64,000 nt of DNA from Phoronis australis. Lineage: Eukaryota > Animalia > Phoronida. Position numbers and translations under genes: made by a program. This document shows, piece by piece, positions 38,001 to 48,644 of the stretch. The stretch lies in contig NMRA01000343.1 in NCBI GenBank assembly GCA_002633005.1, forward strand, positions 270,240 through 334,239. The letters run 5' to 3'. Positions within the stretch are counted from its first letter, which is position 1; every line of letters begins with the position of its first letter. Under the pieces are notes generated by a model. The model worked only from the letters and a program-made list of their open reading frames with translations, made no database searches and was not told where the DNA came from.

Positions 38001-41000
38001 ATGCCTTAAAAACGATAACATCTCACTTCAATCACAATGTTCTTTTAATATGGTTTAGTGTGGGAAACAGCAATGTATAGTGACGAATGCTGAAAACCAG
38101 AGGCGCATTTGTACAATGGGCAAGAGCCTGGGATCTAAACTTTGTTACTTGAGATCAAACGCCAAAATTATCTTTAAGATTTTCGATTCTACTTATAAGG
38201 TACAAACCCAAGGTAAATGTCTAATATACTGTACTCAAGAATAGTATGGTTATGTGAATGACTTTCTTATCCCACTTAGCACTTGAGGAGCCCAGCATTT
38301 AAGTTATAAATTTTAGTCTAACCTCAAAAGTTTTTACTCGATTTTTTGGTGGAATCTGGGTGCTGTCAAGTGGACGAGGCACTCATTTGCGAGAACCATA
38401 TTATACTCGAGCACATAATAATTAATGCCTGTTGTGAGTTCTTATTAAAGAACAAAAAAATGTTAATGAGCTCAGTTCCAAGTACAAAGATTTGAAAAAC
38501 CTAATACGTTGAAACCATTGTCACTCAAACATCTAATTAAATTTCAAGTGCAATATATAATACTGAAGATTCGATATAGTGTCTGTGATTCCAGTTTACT
38601 AAATGGCACATTATCTTTGCGGGAAGTGCTTCTGCTCAGAACTCGTAGTTGAACAAGTCGCCTGAAGATGGCATCTTTGCAGTATACATATCATGCATTG
38701 TCATTATCTGCCATTTCAGATACTCTGTCCGGGCTCTGCCGACAACATCACCTAGTCTGGAGCCTGTGTTGTGCCCTCTGGGGGCGACTGCCACAAGATG
38801 AATTAGAGGAACGTAAGTACACTCGTACTGGCTGTTAAGCTTATTTTGTTGAGAATAAATGAGGTGTTTCTTGACATTTCTGTGTTTGAACTCTCGAATA
38901 TCACTCCCATTTAATTTAAATTTGTCTAGTTTTTAAAAAATCTTTTAAAGCGGCAATAAAGAAAGTGCTTTTCTGTCTTCATTATTCAAGTACATTTATG
39001 CCCATAAGAGAACACTGTACTCTTTCGTATATGAGGCACTGCATTGACCGAAAAATATAAAAAATGTGATTAGGCGAGATTTGGTGAGATTTCTATTTCA
39101 TCTGGTGCACAACATAGTTCGTCAGGCCACTTGTTGTTATAACTAAAACTCCCGTAATCAAGTACTGGTGACAAACATGTCGGCAAACAGTTATCAATTT
39201 GTTACTGAACTTGTATAGGTTAGAGAAGTGGAAAATTAGTCAGCCCGACCCGCATGGTGTCAAGGTGATGTCCTCTTCTAGCAAAAGACATCTGTCTCGC
39301 TAAAACAGAAAATCACCATGACGACGCGCGTGCTAGGTTCATGAGATAGATAATTGAGTGCACGATTAGACACTTTCTTTGCACGGTCTAGTGATATGAG
39401 CAAGATGATTCAGGCTAGTGTTGGCATATGTGGTGCTCAGTAATGTGGTTCTCAAAGCTGTCATGAAGTATGTAATATAAATAATTGCAGTGGAAGAGGG
39501 CAGTTATGCTCATCAGCAAGCGAGAAGGGAGGCGGTTTCATCGTGGCTGGAAGAAAGTAGTCGAGACGCTATTAAACAAGAAATACAAGCAGCCCAACTG
39601 AAGGTATGTAAAATACTTTTCATTTGTCAATTCACCTTGTTGCTCATTTCTTGTTTGCCTTTCTTGTATTATCTAAATCTTTTGGTTTAGCAACTGAGCA
39701 AAGCAGCAGCTGACACCGTGCACTCATGCATGCAGTGTAGTCTTGTAGGCTCATCGTGGGTCATGCATTTCTCTCCTTGGNGTGCTTTTCTGTCTTCATT
39801 ATTCAAGTACATTTATGCCCATAAGAGAACACTGTACTCTTTCGTATATGAAAAATATAAAAAACGTGATTAGGCGAGATTTGGTGAGACTTCTATCTCA
39901 TCTGGTGCACAACATAGTTCGTCAGGCCACTTGTTGTTATAACTAAAACTCCCGTAATCAAGTACTGGTGACAAACATGTCGGCAAACAGTTATCAATTT
40001 TTTACTGAACTTGTATAGGTTAGAGAAGTGGAAAATTAGTCAGCCCGACCCGCATGGTGTCAAGGTGATGTCCTCTTCTAGCAAAAGACATCTCTCTCGC
40101 TAAAACAGAAAATCACCATGACGACGCGCGTGCTAGGTTCATGAGATAGATAATTGAGTGCACGATTAGAGACTTTCTTTGCACGGTCTAGTGATATGAG
40201 CAAGATGATTCAGGCTAGTGTTGGCATATGTAATGCTCAGTAATGTGCTTCTCAAAGCTGTCATGAAGTATGTTATATAAATAATTGCAGTGGAAGAGGG
40301 CAGTTATGCTCATCAGCAAGCGAGAAGGGAGGCGGTTTCATCGTGGCTGGAAGAAAGTAGTCGAGACACTATTAAACAAGAAATACAAGCGGCCCAACTG
40401 AAGGTATGTAAAATACTTTTCATTTGTCAATTCACCTTGTTGCTCATTTCTTGTTTGCCTTTCTTGTATTATCTAAATCTTTTGGTTTAGCAACTGAGCA
40501 AAGCAGCAGCTGACACCGTGCACTCATGCATGCAGTGTAGTCTTGTAGGCTCATCGTGGGTCATGCATTTCTCTCCTTGGTGGCATTGTCACCGTGTGGT
40601 CAATATTTGCCTTGTTCTGGAGAATAGTAAACTTAATGTTTGATATGAAGCATCAGGTCCCTTATTCATTTAGGGAAAGATTCGTGTGCCTTCTGATTGT
40701 GGAATTTTTGGTTGAGAGGAATTAACCTCCTGCAGTCACTACCAAATCCAATCCAGTCACCATTTTGCAGAAGTAGTTCATAAGTTATGGGGAATTTTTG
40801 CATGTGAAGAGAGGAATTTTGTGTGATTTTGAATATTTTTAACAAGGGGATAGGTCGGTTATTCGGATCCAAAATCTGTGTATCAAGGCTCTGAACTTGT
40901 GAATCAACAGAGCTGAGTTTGTGATACTGAGAATTTCTCGAATGGTGATATTTTGAGTGATATCTGGACAACTCAAGCTGAGGGCTGTTCCAGTAAAATC

Positions 41001-44000
41001 CATGTGGGAGGGGGGGACGGCAGTAGAAATAAAAATTCATGGGTGGTGGTCTTCAGAAAAAAACTCAAATTATCCGTGGTCGTTCCTGAAAGAAGTGATG
41101 CATTAAAAATGGGTGGTATTTTTGACCTGTTAATGTTGCCAGGTTGGTTACAGCCAGTGAAGAGAGTGCAATAGGTTCGCCATTAATCAAGTCATGGGNG
41201 GCATGATGAGGTGTGGCTAATGACTGACTAGTCACTCCATCTGGTGAGTATGATGCGTGTGGAATTATTGGGTGTGGCTAATGACTGACTAGTCACTCCA
41301 TCTAGTGAGTATGCTGAAAGAATTGGTCAAAGTGATTGAATTGGAGTTTCACATATGATTACCCTATGTGTCGATTTTTGCTGAACAAATCATTTTACTG
41401 GTTCAATTTCTCTCGTCACAGGTGGATTGTTATATCTCTGCAGACCGACTGAAGGTTTATTGTTTGCTAGGCGGGGCACTCACCTGGCAGGCATCGGACA
41501 AGTTCATTAACACCTGTCTTCATCTGGACTGGAAGAGGGCGCTAGCTGTACACCTTTGGTGAGTGAAGTAGTGCTGTTGTACAGCTGCTATGAGAAGACT
41601 AGTCACCTAAATGTGACCATTACCTCTTGGTAACAACTTGGTTAGAAAATTAACTTCGTCTCTGCAAGCAAAAGTTTGTTAAAATTTGTGCTTCATTAAT
41701 TAAATGCCTTTTCCTGATAAGTGTGACCTCAAGCGCTCTTTGTGTGTCTACTAGATGCGCAGTTGCCTTAGAATGAACTTGGCTTGTTTAGGTATGGTGA
41801 AATGGATCATATCATCCGCTCCCTCTTATGGGGTTACAAACTTGTGGAGCTTTATCCCATGAGTTTTGCACTGCCTTGATTTAAGTGACATCCCAATAAA
41901 TTCATTTTACAGTTGCGTTTAAGTGACATTTATAAACGTGTTACAAGGAACTATTACAAAGCAAGGTAACGGTGCAATGCACACAGGGCTCATTAGTTTG
42001 TCCAGACTCTTAGCCAAACGTTACCAACCAAAACGCTGTCAAAGTAGTTGAATTGAAAAAGTCCTTGATGGAGTCACTTGACGTGAACTGTGCTAGTTGG
42101 TTAAGTTACATACACAAGTACAAACTGTTTTCCATCTTGGGGAGTCAAAATACTCTGGCCCACTGAGACAGGCTCTTAAATTGGTGTTGCGGTAATTCTT
42201 AGCTTATTCCGCACAAAAATAATTGGCAATGTTGTCATTTTCTATTTTTCAAAGGCCAGTTACGTTGGTGGAAATATTGTAAACTTTACCAATTTCAATT
42301 GTCAGAGATCTGCACACAACAAAGCAAGCTTACAACAAAACAACAGTTTCTTAAATGATATTTTTTTTGCAAAATTTAACAAAGAAAAAGTTTTACTCGT
42401 CTGCCATTTTGTGTGCTGAATAGGTGCAAAATTACTTTAGCAACTAGCCAAACAAGCTTGACAATTTGTGAAGAATTTAAACGACATTACTGTGTTCTGC
42501 TAAGACATATTGCTATCACTACTCAGGTATCACTGTCCACCTACGGCTAGTGTCGCCGATGCCTTACGCTCCTACGACGAAGCTTTTGAGTCTGACACAG
42601 CCTATGCCAAGGGACCTTCTCCGCCGTACATGAGCGACGGCTCGCGGTACATCGAACAAGAAGAAGATCCTGATCACGTAACCAAGGACACGTGCTACCA
42701 CCTGTTGACTATGTATAGTAAACGATCTCACCGATTGGAGCAAATACTGGCTCCCACTGGGTCCACGCCCAATCAGCTGGATTACTCTCTCAGGTGGGTT
42801 TTATTACGATGGGCATTCTGGAATAACTTATTGTTATTAAAGTGTTCTTTTGTTCATTACATATTTTTACACAAGAATGACGCTTATTGTTGAGAACTGT
42901 AAGTTAATTGTCAGCTGAAATGTAATAATGCTCAACGTGTAAGTTAAAATTTAATTACCGTGCGCTAAGTGGAAGATAAAATTTTGTTTTCATTCTTAAA
43001 CAAAGTGAGATGAAGTTTGATTGTGATGCTTAAAGTGAGAGGAATTTCTATTGCTTAAGTTATAGTTGTCCAAGGTCACAATTATAGTCGTCCTGACCAT
43101 TTGTCTCTGAAATATTTCTTTTCATGCTTGGTAATGAAATGGTAAAGTGTTTAGAAGGTAAATTAAATTGGTGACCGTGATAAAAGATAAATCTTTAAAT
43201 GCAATTTCACGTTCTCAATCAGCGCGATGATGAAGTAGCTAACCTTACCACCTCCCTACTATTCCAGCTGGCACCTGTCCCAGGTACTTCAGGCCCTTGG
43301 CTACACTCACCTGTCTGAGTATCACCTGGACTCTATCAACTGCCAGTATGCAGCACAGTTAGAGTCACTGGACCTGTGGCAATGGGCAGCATTTGTCCTA
43401 CTACACATTCAAGAACGCAGCAGGTGGGTGTCAGGCAGTAGTAGTTGATTAAAGTTTCTTGGGGCCCATGAGCTAGAAAAAGTATGGGGGGCTCCAGTAA
43501 CTTGAGTTGCTCTCGATCACCACAATTTTCATCCCTGGTTGACAAAAATTAAAATACTCTGAAATGTGTGTACCAGAAAACGTTGACTGGAAACCTGTGG
43601 TACTTTTCATATTCCTGGAACCCTTAAGTTTCCTTTGCAAGGCACAGACATTTAGTGAAAATGCCAATGTTGGATAATTGCAGTGAACTATGAATGTACT
43701 CTGGGCAGTTTGTAAAGTTTTAGAAAAAAAGTTTGGTTGCCTCAGTCTTGTAGCCTATTGGTGTTAGTTATGTCGGCATTGTTCATACATTATTGTTCAT
43801 GCTATGTTGTTCATGACTCGTTCATGCTGTAATGTTCAAGTTGTATTGTTCATGCTTTATGAGTCACTCTGTTGTCTACATTGACTTTGCCTCGTTTGTT
43901 TCAGAAGAGAAATGTGTGTGCGACAGCTGCTTGAACGTCACATTTCTCTCAACCAATCAGAAGAGACAAGACAGATTGAAACATTTTTACAGGATCAGCT

Positions 44001-47000
44001 GCTCATCCCAAATCAGTGGATTCATCACGCTAAGGTAGGAGGCGCTGAATTTTTATTCTGTCCAAGGATTTGTTTTCTGTGATAAAAGTTGTGCGCAGAT
44101 ATTTTGAAAAGTGAGAAGCCTGGTATACAAAAGTTGCTATTGGCTCCCTTTGTTTGTTAGTTATTACTGACCCGGAACAACTATGGCATGATTTTGGTCA
44201 TTAAAATTGTCACCCTACCACATTATGAAGAGTCTGTTAATGTTGCAACGAATGTCCATGGATGTTTTAAACTTTGATGAAACCAAAGTTCGACTGATGT
44301 ATTGTACTGTTGACTTGGAACTTTAAAGTTAACATGATAGAGTAAAGGTATTTGTTATTCTGCCAAAGTAGTTTCCTACAATCAATTTATCTGTAGCATG
44401 ATTTATTTTTATAATTTTTCATTGTATGAATTGAGCTTTTGAATGCGTTTCCAAGAAAGATGCGCTTCATTGTTTGCGGACTTGCTCTCATTTCCAGGCC
44501 ATGCGGTCGCGGTACGAGGATAGGAAAAAAGATGAAGCGTGGCACTTACTGAAGGCTGGTCACTGGAATGATGGCCATGAGGTGGTGCTGAGTCATATCG
44601 CACCCGACTGCATCATCAATGGTGAGGCTTGAAATGGCATTATGCTACTGATGCTAGGTATCTGATGTACAAATATGAATGTGCAAGATAACTGCATCAG
44701 CTAGAAGGTTAAATGAGATAACCAGACTAGTGGAAACAGTGGCAGGATGCTATTTGTGGACAGTAACTTGGTTCAGATTGCAGTTGTATTTGGTTTACTT
44801 GGCTACGGACGTCTGCAACCTCTCTTCGGAAGAGCCTAATTACTGTATGTAAATGAGAGGGTTCTCACGAGTCTTAAATCAGGTGTTTTGTGCTATTCGG
44901 TTGATCTTTTGGCCTGTGCACGTCCGATGCTATTTAGGATCGCCTGCAATGTTTTTTTTTTTTAAACTGCATTCAGCTTTGATGAGCCTGGAATCAAGTT
45001 TTTTCACAAGTTAAGCATTGCTGTCACCAGATTTTTCAACGACTGCTAGTTGGCTGTTGGCACTATGTCATAATAACCACTTACAGAGGTCCTGCAATTT
45101 GAGAACCAGTTGTTCCCACTGAATAACAGGCATCAAACTGGTTCTTCAAAATCTGGAGCTTCTTTAAGTGACAATTGTCAATTTGTCTTCCCTTAAATGT
45201 CGATTTCATTGAGTTTGTTTGATACAGAGAACTATGACTACCTGAAACAGTTCCTCGCCGAAATGGCCGAGCCCAGCCGCAACGCCACTATCAAAGACTG
45301 GTCTACAGGTGGCTCCCTCTACGCCGACTATATTGCACTTGTCGAGGGGCTGGAGACGTTGAAGCGCGAAGAGCCAGACATGTATGAGCTGGAGAGGCTG
45401 CAGCCAGATGTCATGTCACTGTGCGCCCGCGTGTCTAACCTGTACTGTCACAATGCAAAGACGAGGTATGAATATTTGTTTTTTATCAATGGATTTTTTT
45501 GAGTAGCTCTAAACCACCAGATTGATCATGTAACTTAAAATCAAAAAGATTTGTTGGTTAGTTCTAATCCAACAGATTTATTGTGTAGTTCAAATCCAAC
45601 AGTTTTATTGTGTAATTCTAATTCATCAGACTTGTCTATTGAAGAAAGCTTGAAAACACCCACTTAACATGGTTTGTTGCAGTAATCATGGCTGCATGTC
45701 TCTTCTTTAGTGTTTTTAGTCATTTTGCACGTTAACCAAATTAATTTTTTAATTAAGTGATTTCTTTTATTTATATGACGGTTCTGAATGTCCTGAGGAA
45801 CTCTGCGTTGTGCAAAATTGACCCTTTTGTTTACATGCTTCGAACTGTGCTAAAAAAGCAGGAACTAAACGACTATGCCATTTGAACACCATCTACTCTA
45901 AACAAAGTGCAGTTGTGTTCACTGACAACTTGTAAATGTGTACTGAGGTGTTTTGTGCTTCTAATAGTAATTGACCTGGCAATGGGGATGCTGAACATTT
46001 CTGGTAAATGTTTTTGAATGCAGATTGAAATGTTTTTACTATCATTGCAAGGGATGGTTTCCATAACTTTTGACTTCTGGTATGTGCAGATTCACTGTAT
46101 CTATTGCAGACTGTGCCAGTCAGAGATGGCAAAGAAGGCAGCTAACCTCCACAGAACTCTACTGATGCTTCAGAAGCAGGGAACAGACAAGGGCTCTTCT
46201 AGCAGTGTTTCTGCCAGGTAAGGGGTTGGAGTTGTTTTGAAGGTTCGATTGTCTTGGAGAAAGTTAAGCTGTACTTGGGAACAGATCTAGTGCGAGTTAG
46301 CAAAAGTTTAGCTTGCTACATAGTTCTCAGACAGGTCTCCAAATATGCCGATTTGCTGTTGAAGTATTTGTATTATCCTCTTATAAGTACATTGATCGGC
46401 TCGTAATTTGTCAGCAAGCATAAAAACTGTGTTTTGTTGAAGAAAAGATCATTGTTAGGTGTACCAGGTGATCATCTCCAAGGCCAAGTATCTTCTTACG
46501 GATGAGCAACTACGGCAGATCTATAAATTGATCTCAACTTGTTCCTTACTCAGATGACGACTTATTTCTTGTGAAGGGAAGAACAGTCATTGTAGTAGTG
46601 CTTGAGGTTGTACTTGGCATGTATAATGTCCTGCCACGGACATGCCAATTTATCTAACTTGCCTTGCGGCAATAATGAACAGTCATTGTAGTAGTGCTTG
46701 AGGTTGTACTTGGCATGTATAATGTCCTGCCACAGACATGCCAATTTATCTAACTTGCCCTCTGGCAATAATGAACTGTCAGTTGTTCTCAAGCCGGGAA
46801 ATCTTCTTGAATCTGAGCAAAGTTCAAGTTAAGACTAGATTTATAACAACAGCTGCCCCAAATTCAGTGTTAGTTTTTTGATGGCAGGCAGGTTCATAGC
46901 CGCTTTAAAGCCAGAAAAATCCCTTCTAAGGATAACAAGTTTTTGTTGTGTAGAATCAGTCTGATCTCACTCCGACAGCCTTAGAAGGATCTATTTCTAG

Positions 47001-47251
47001 TGTGAGTATTATTTGTTGAACACCCAGTTCATTACAAGTCTAGCGCTGGCTTCAGTGTTCCTGATTTTTGAAATTTTAGGTGCCATGAACACATGACCTT
47101 TGAATTGGAAAAATTTGTGTCATTTTTGTGTTTTACTTCATTTTGCAGGTTACTCGCTCCACTTGTTAGTCAGTTACCCTTGCCAGAGGACTATGCTTTA
47201 CAAGAACTGCGTCAGCTGACGCGCAGTTATATGTTGGAGATGACGTCATAA
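17088..47251 (+). CDS. NUP98: Nuclear pore complex protein Nup98-Nup96 precursor (multi-exon)
   Basis: Exons, all GT-AG and phase-consistent by hand: 17088-17130, 17568-17753, 18206-18307, 18921-19037, 20305-20456, 21267-21423, 21789-21958, 22799-22900, 23184-23367, 23911-24057, 24697-24866, 25539-25691, 26306-26517, 26919-26999, 27339-27447, 27874-28084, 28533-28672, 29081-29194, 29528-29641, 30094-30301, 34728-34868, 35078-35257, 35878-36168, 36632-36765, 37330-37480, 38720-38812, 39491-39603 (duplicate 40291-40403), [probable missing exon at gap 41199], 41422-41558, 42527-42793, 43268-43423, 43905-44034, 44498-44621, 45228-45465, 46110-46217, 47149-47251. Total 5238 nt (1745 aa visible). 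Diagnostic motifs: FG/GLFG repeats, [90 protein letters not shown]. Confidence 0.97.
20305..21300 (+). other. NUP98: Nup98 GLEBS (Rae1/Gle2-binding) motif, split over exons 20305-20456 and 21267-21423
   Basis: [43 protein letters not shown]|[12 protein letters not shown], nearly identical to the vertebrate GLEBS sequence as I recall it. Confidence 0.95.
24364..24598. mobile_element. PIF/Harbinger-like MITE in a NUP98 intron
   Basis: Termini GGGCCTGTTC ... GAACGGGCCC (one mismatch), flanked by a 3-bp direct repeat CAG (24361-63 and 24599-601). Confidence 0.65.
27874..29551 (+). other. NUP98: Nup98 autoproteolytic (peptidase S59) domain with HF|S cleavage site at 29539/29540
   Basis: [21 protein letters not shown]...[10 protein letters not shown]...[14 protein letters not shown]...[15 protein letters not shown]...[11 protein letters not shown]|VKHF|SKYGL. 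The scissile Phe is residue 854 in my exon model. Confidence 0.96.
33209..33286. repeat. ~80-bp palindromic MITE-like family; related copies at 14946..15041, 16299..16348 and 45085..45163
   Basis: Arms GGTCC..TTTGAGAA(C/T)CAGTT ... AACTG(G/A)TTCTCAAA..GGACC. The reverse complement of 16300-16348 closely matches 45101-45151. Confidence 0.7.
34068..34262 (+). repeat. Dispersed repeat with reiterated GTCCCAAATTC-AGA motif; related segments at ~20930-21062 and ~37850-37968
   Basis: Four to five GTCCCAAA(A/T)T..AGA units here. The TTTTGGTGTTC.AAATTT.AGAG...GGAGAATTTT segment is shared between ~21015 and ~37921. Confidence 0.5.
38965..40580. repeat. Near-identical ~0.8-kb tandem duplication (38965..39780 and 39782..40580) including one Nup96 exon; likely uncollapsed haplotypes
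   Basis: The copies join exactly at the N at 39781 and differ by a 17-nt indel and a few SNPs, including GCT/ACT (Ala/Thr) in the exon. Confidence 0.9.
46581..46776. repeat. Tandem duplication, 2 x 96 bp
   Basis: GAACAGTCATTGTAGTAGTGCTTGAGG starts at both 46581 and 46677. Confidence 0.9.
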
Positions 47252-47629
47252 CAACGATGCTGTGTTGTGTCACGGAATGTTAAAAGACAGTAACTGAACA
47301 GGATGTAAGATACAAAAACAAACTGTGTGTTGCAAAAGTACTGAAATTTTGCGTTTAGTTTTTAGAAGCTTTTGGTTGTAGTTAAATTTAGTGTTGGCTC
47401 CTATCGTATGCACAAGTTGGAGGACAGAAGCATTTTCATTTCAATCATTTTGTTAATACTGCTCTACCGTAGTTTCAGTTATCACTTGACGAGATCTCAG
47501 CATCTATTTTTGATGTTAATTTTATGAGTTTCCACGAGACTACAAATTTTTGGTTCTGAATTCAATCATCTCATTTATTTCACACGACATTCTATTTTGT
47601 ATACATTGTCAACTTGTAAATATTACTAA

Positions 47630-47696
47630 AATAAAGCAGTTGTCCATGGCAACCAACTGTACACTTATTACATCCAGTTGTCCTTATTTCAATAAA
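47630..47696 (+). terminator. Candidate polyadenylation signals of NUP98-96
   Basis: AATAAA at 47630-47635 and 47691-47696, ~380-440 nt after the stop codon, followed by T-rich sequence. Confidence 0.5.
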
Positions 47697-48543
47697 CTGT
47701 GAAAACTATAATTTGACATTGTTTATTCTCTTAGTTTTAGTCACTTTTCATAACTTGACAAACATTCATTATCAAACCTATAGTGTATTTGTAGGTACTA
47801 ATACTAATACTTGTGTACTAATACAGTGTATTAGTACACAAGGTACTTGGTAGGTGTCACCTTTTGGCAAATAAATATAGATGACATGAATCGGCCATAA
47901 AGTAAATGCCTTGGTATTGTCGCACCCAACTTCTTTATAGCATTATAGTCTTGTGACTGTATCTGGTTCTTCATTAGTCATAGATGAAGTCAGTTGATGT
48001 AAATAAGCTGAATGACGGTGAAAAACATGTTTTACAACCTTAGTTGCTGTAAATGGAGTCACAATCCAGATGACACTAGTTGTGATCTTGCCTACTGGTA
48101 ACAGTGTGGGAATCAGCAGAATCCTTTCTTTTAGTTTTCACATACAACTGAGTCTATTTTGGTTTCTCATGGAAATAATTTAATTGATATTTTTCAGTAT
48201 TGGAGACAACAAAAATGGAAAGGGAAATGCATTTCAAATCTTCAGATCCAACAATTTGCCTGGGAAAAAATTGCACGAAATGATACAAATTAGAGACGAT
48301 TTGAAATCTTGAAGTATGCATACAAGTCGGATCACAGCTTACTGACCAAATGGCCTCATTTTCGAGATGGTCACCAGGCTAATGCATATAGGGACTGGAT
48401 GCGAGATTAACTCCCTGCTTGACTGGTTGTAATATGCCCCAGGATTATTTTTATAAACAAATTTAGTTAGGCAAGAAAAAGAACTGTCTTGCAGATTTGT
48501 GTAATTTTTGACCTTATTTATAGTTCTTAGGTCAAATAGACAT

Positions 48544-48644
48544 GGGGAGGGTTACTGAACACACCGGGAGGGTTGCTGAACACACGGGGAGGGTTGCTGA
48601 ACACAAGGGGAGGGTTACTGAACACACGGGGAGGGTTACTGAAC
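48544..48644. repeat. Minisatellite, ~5 x 21 bp (GGGGAGGGTT(A/G)CTGAACACAC)
   Basis: Five adjacent near-identical units with no spacers. Confidence 0.9.

Noticed and set aside
16100-41315. Small local duplications (16100-16170, 17150-17240, 26616-26698, 41209-41315)
   Set aside because: Ordinary slippage-type tandem repeats in non-coding DNA with no further structure.
46562-46792. ORF with an internal 32-aa repeat
   Set aside because: A by-product of the 96-bp intronic tandem duplication, with no splice or homology support.
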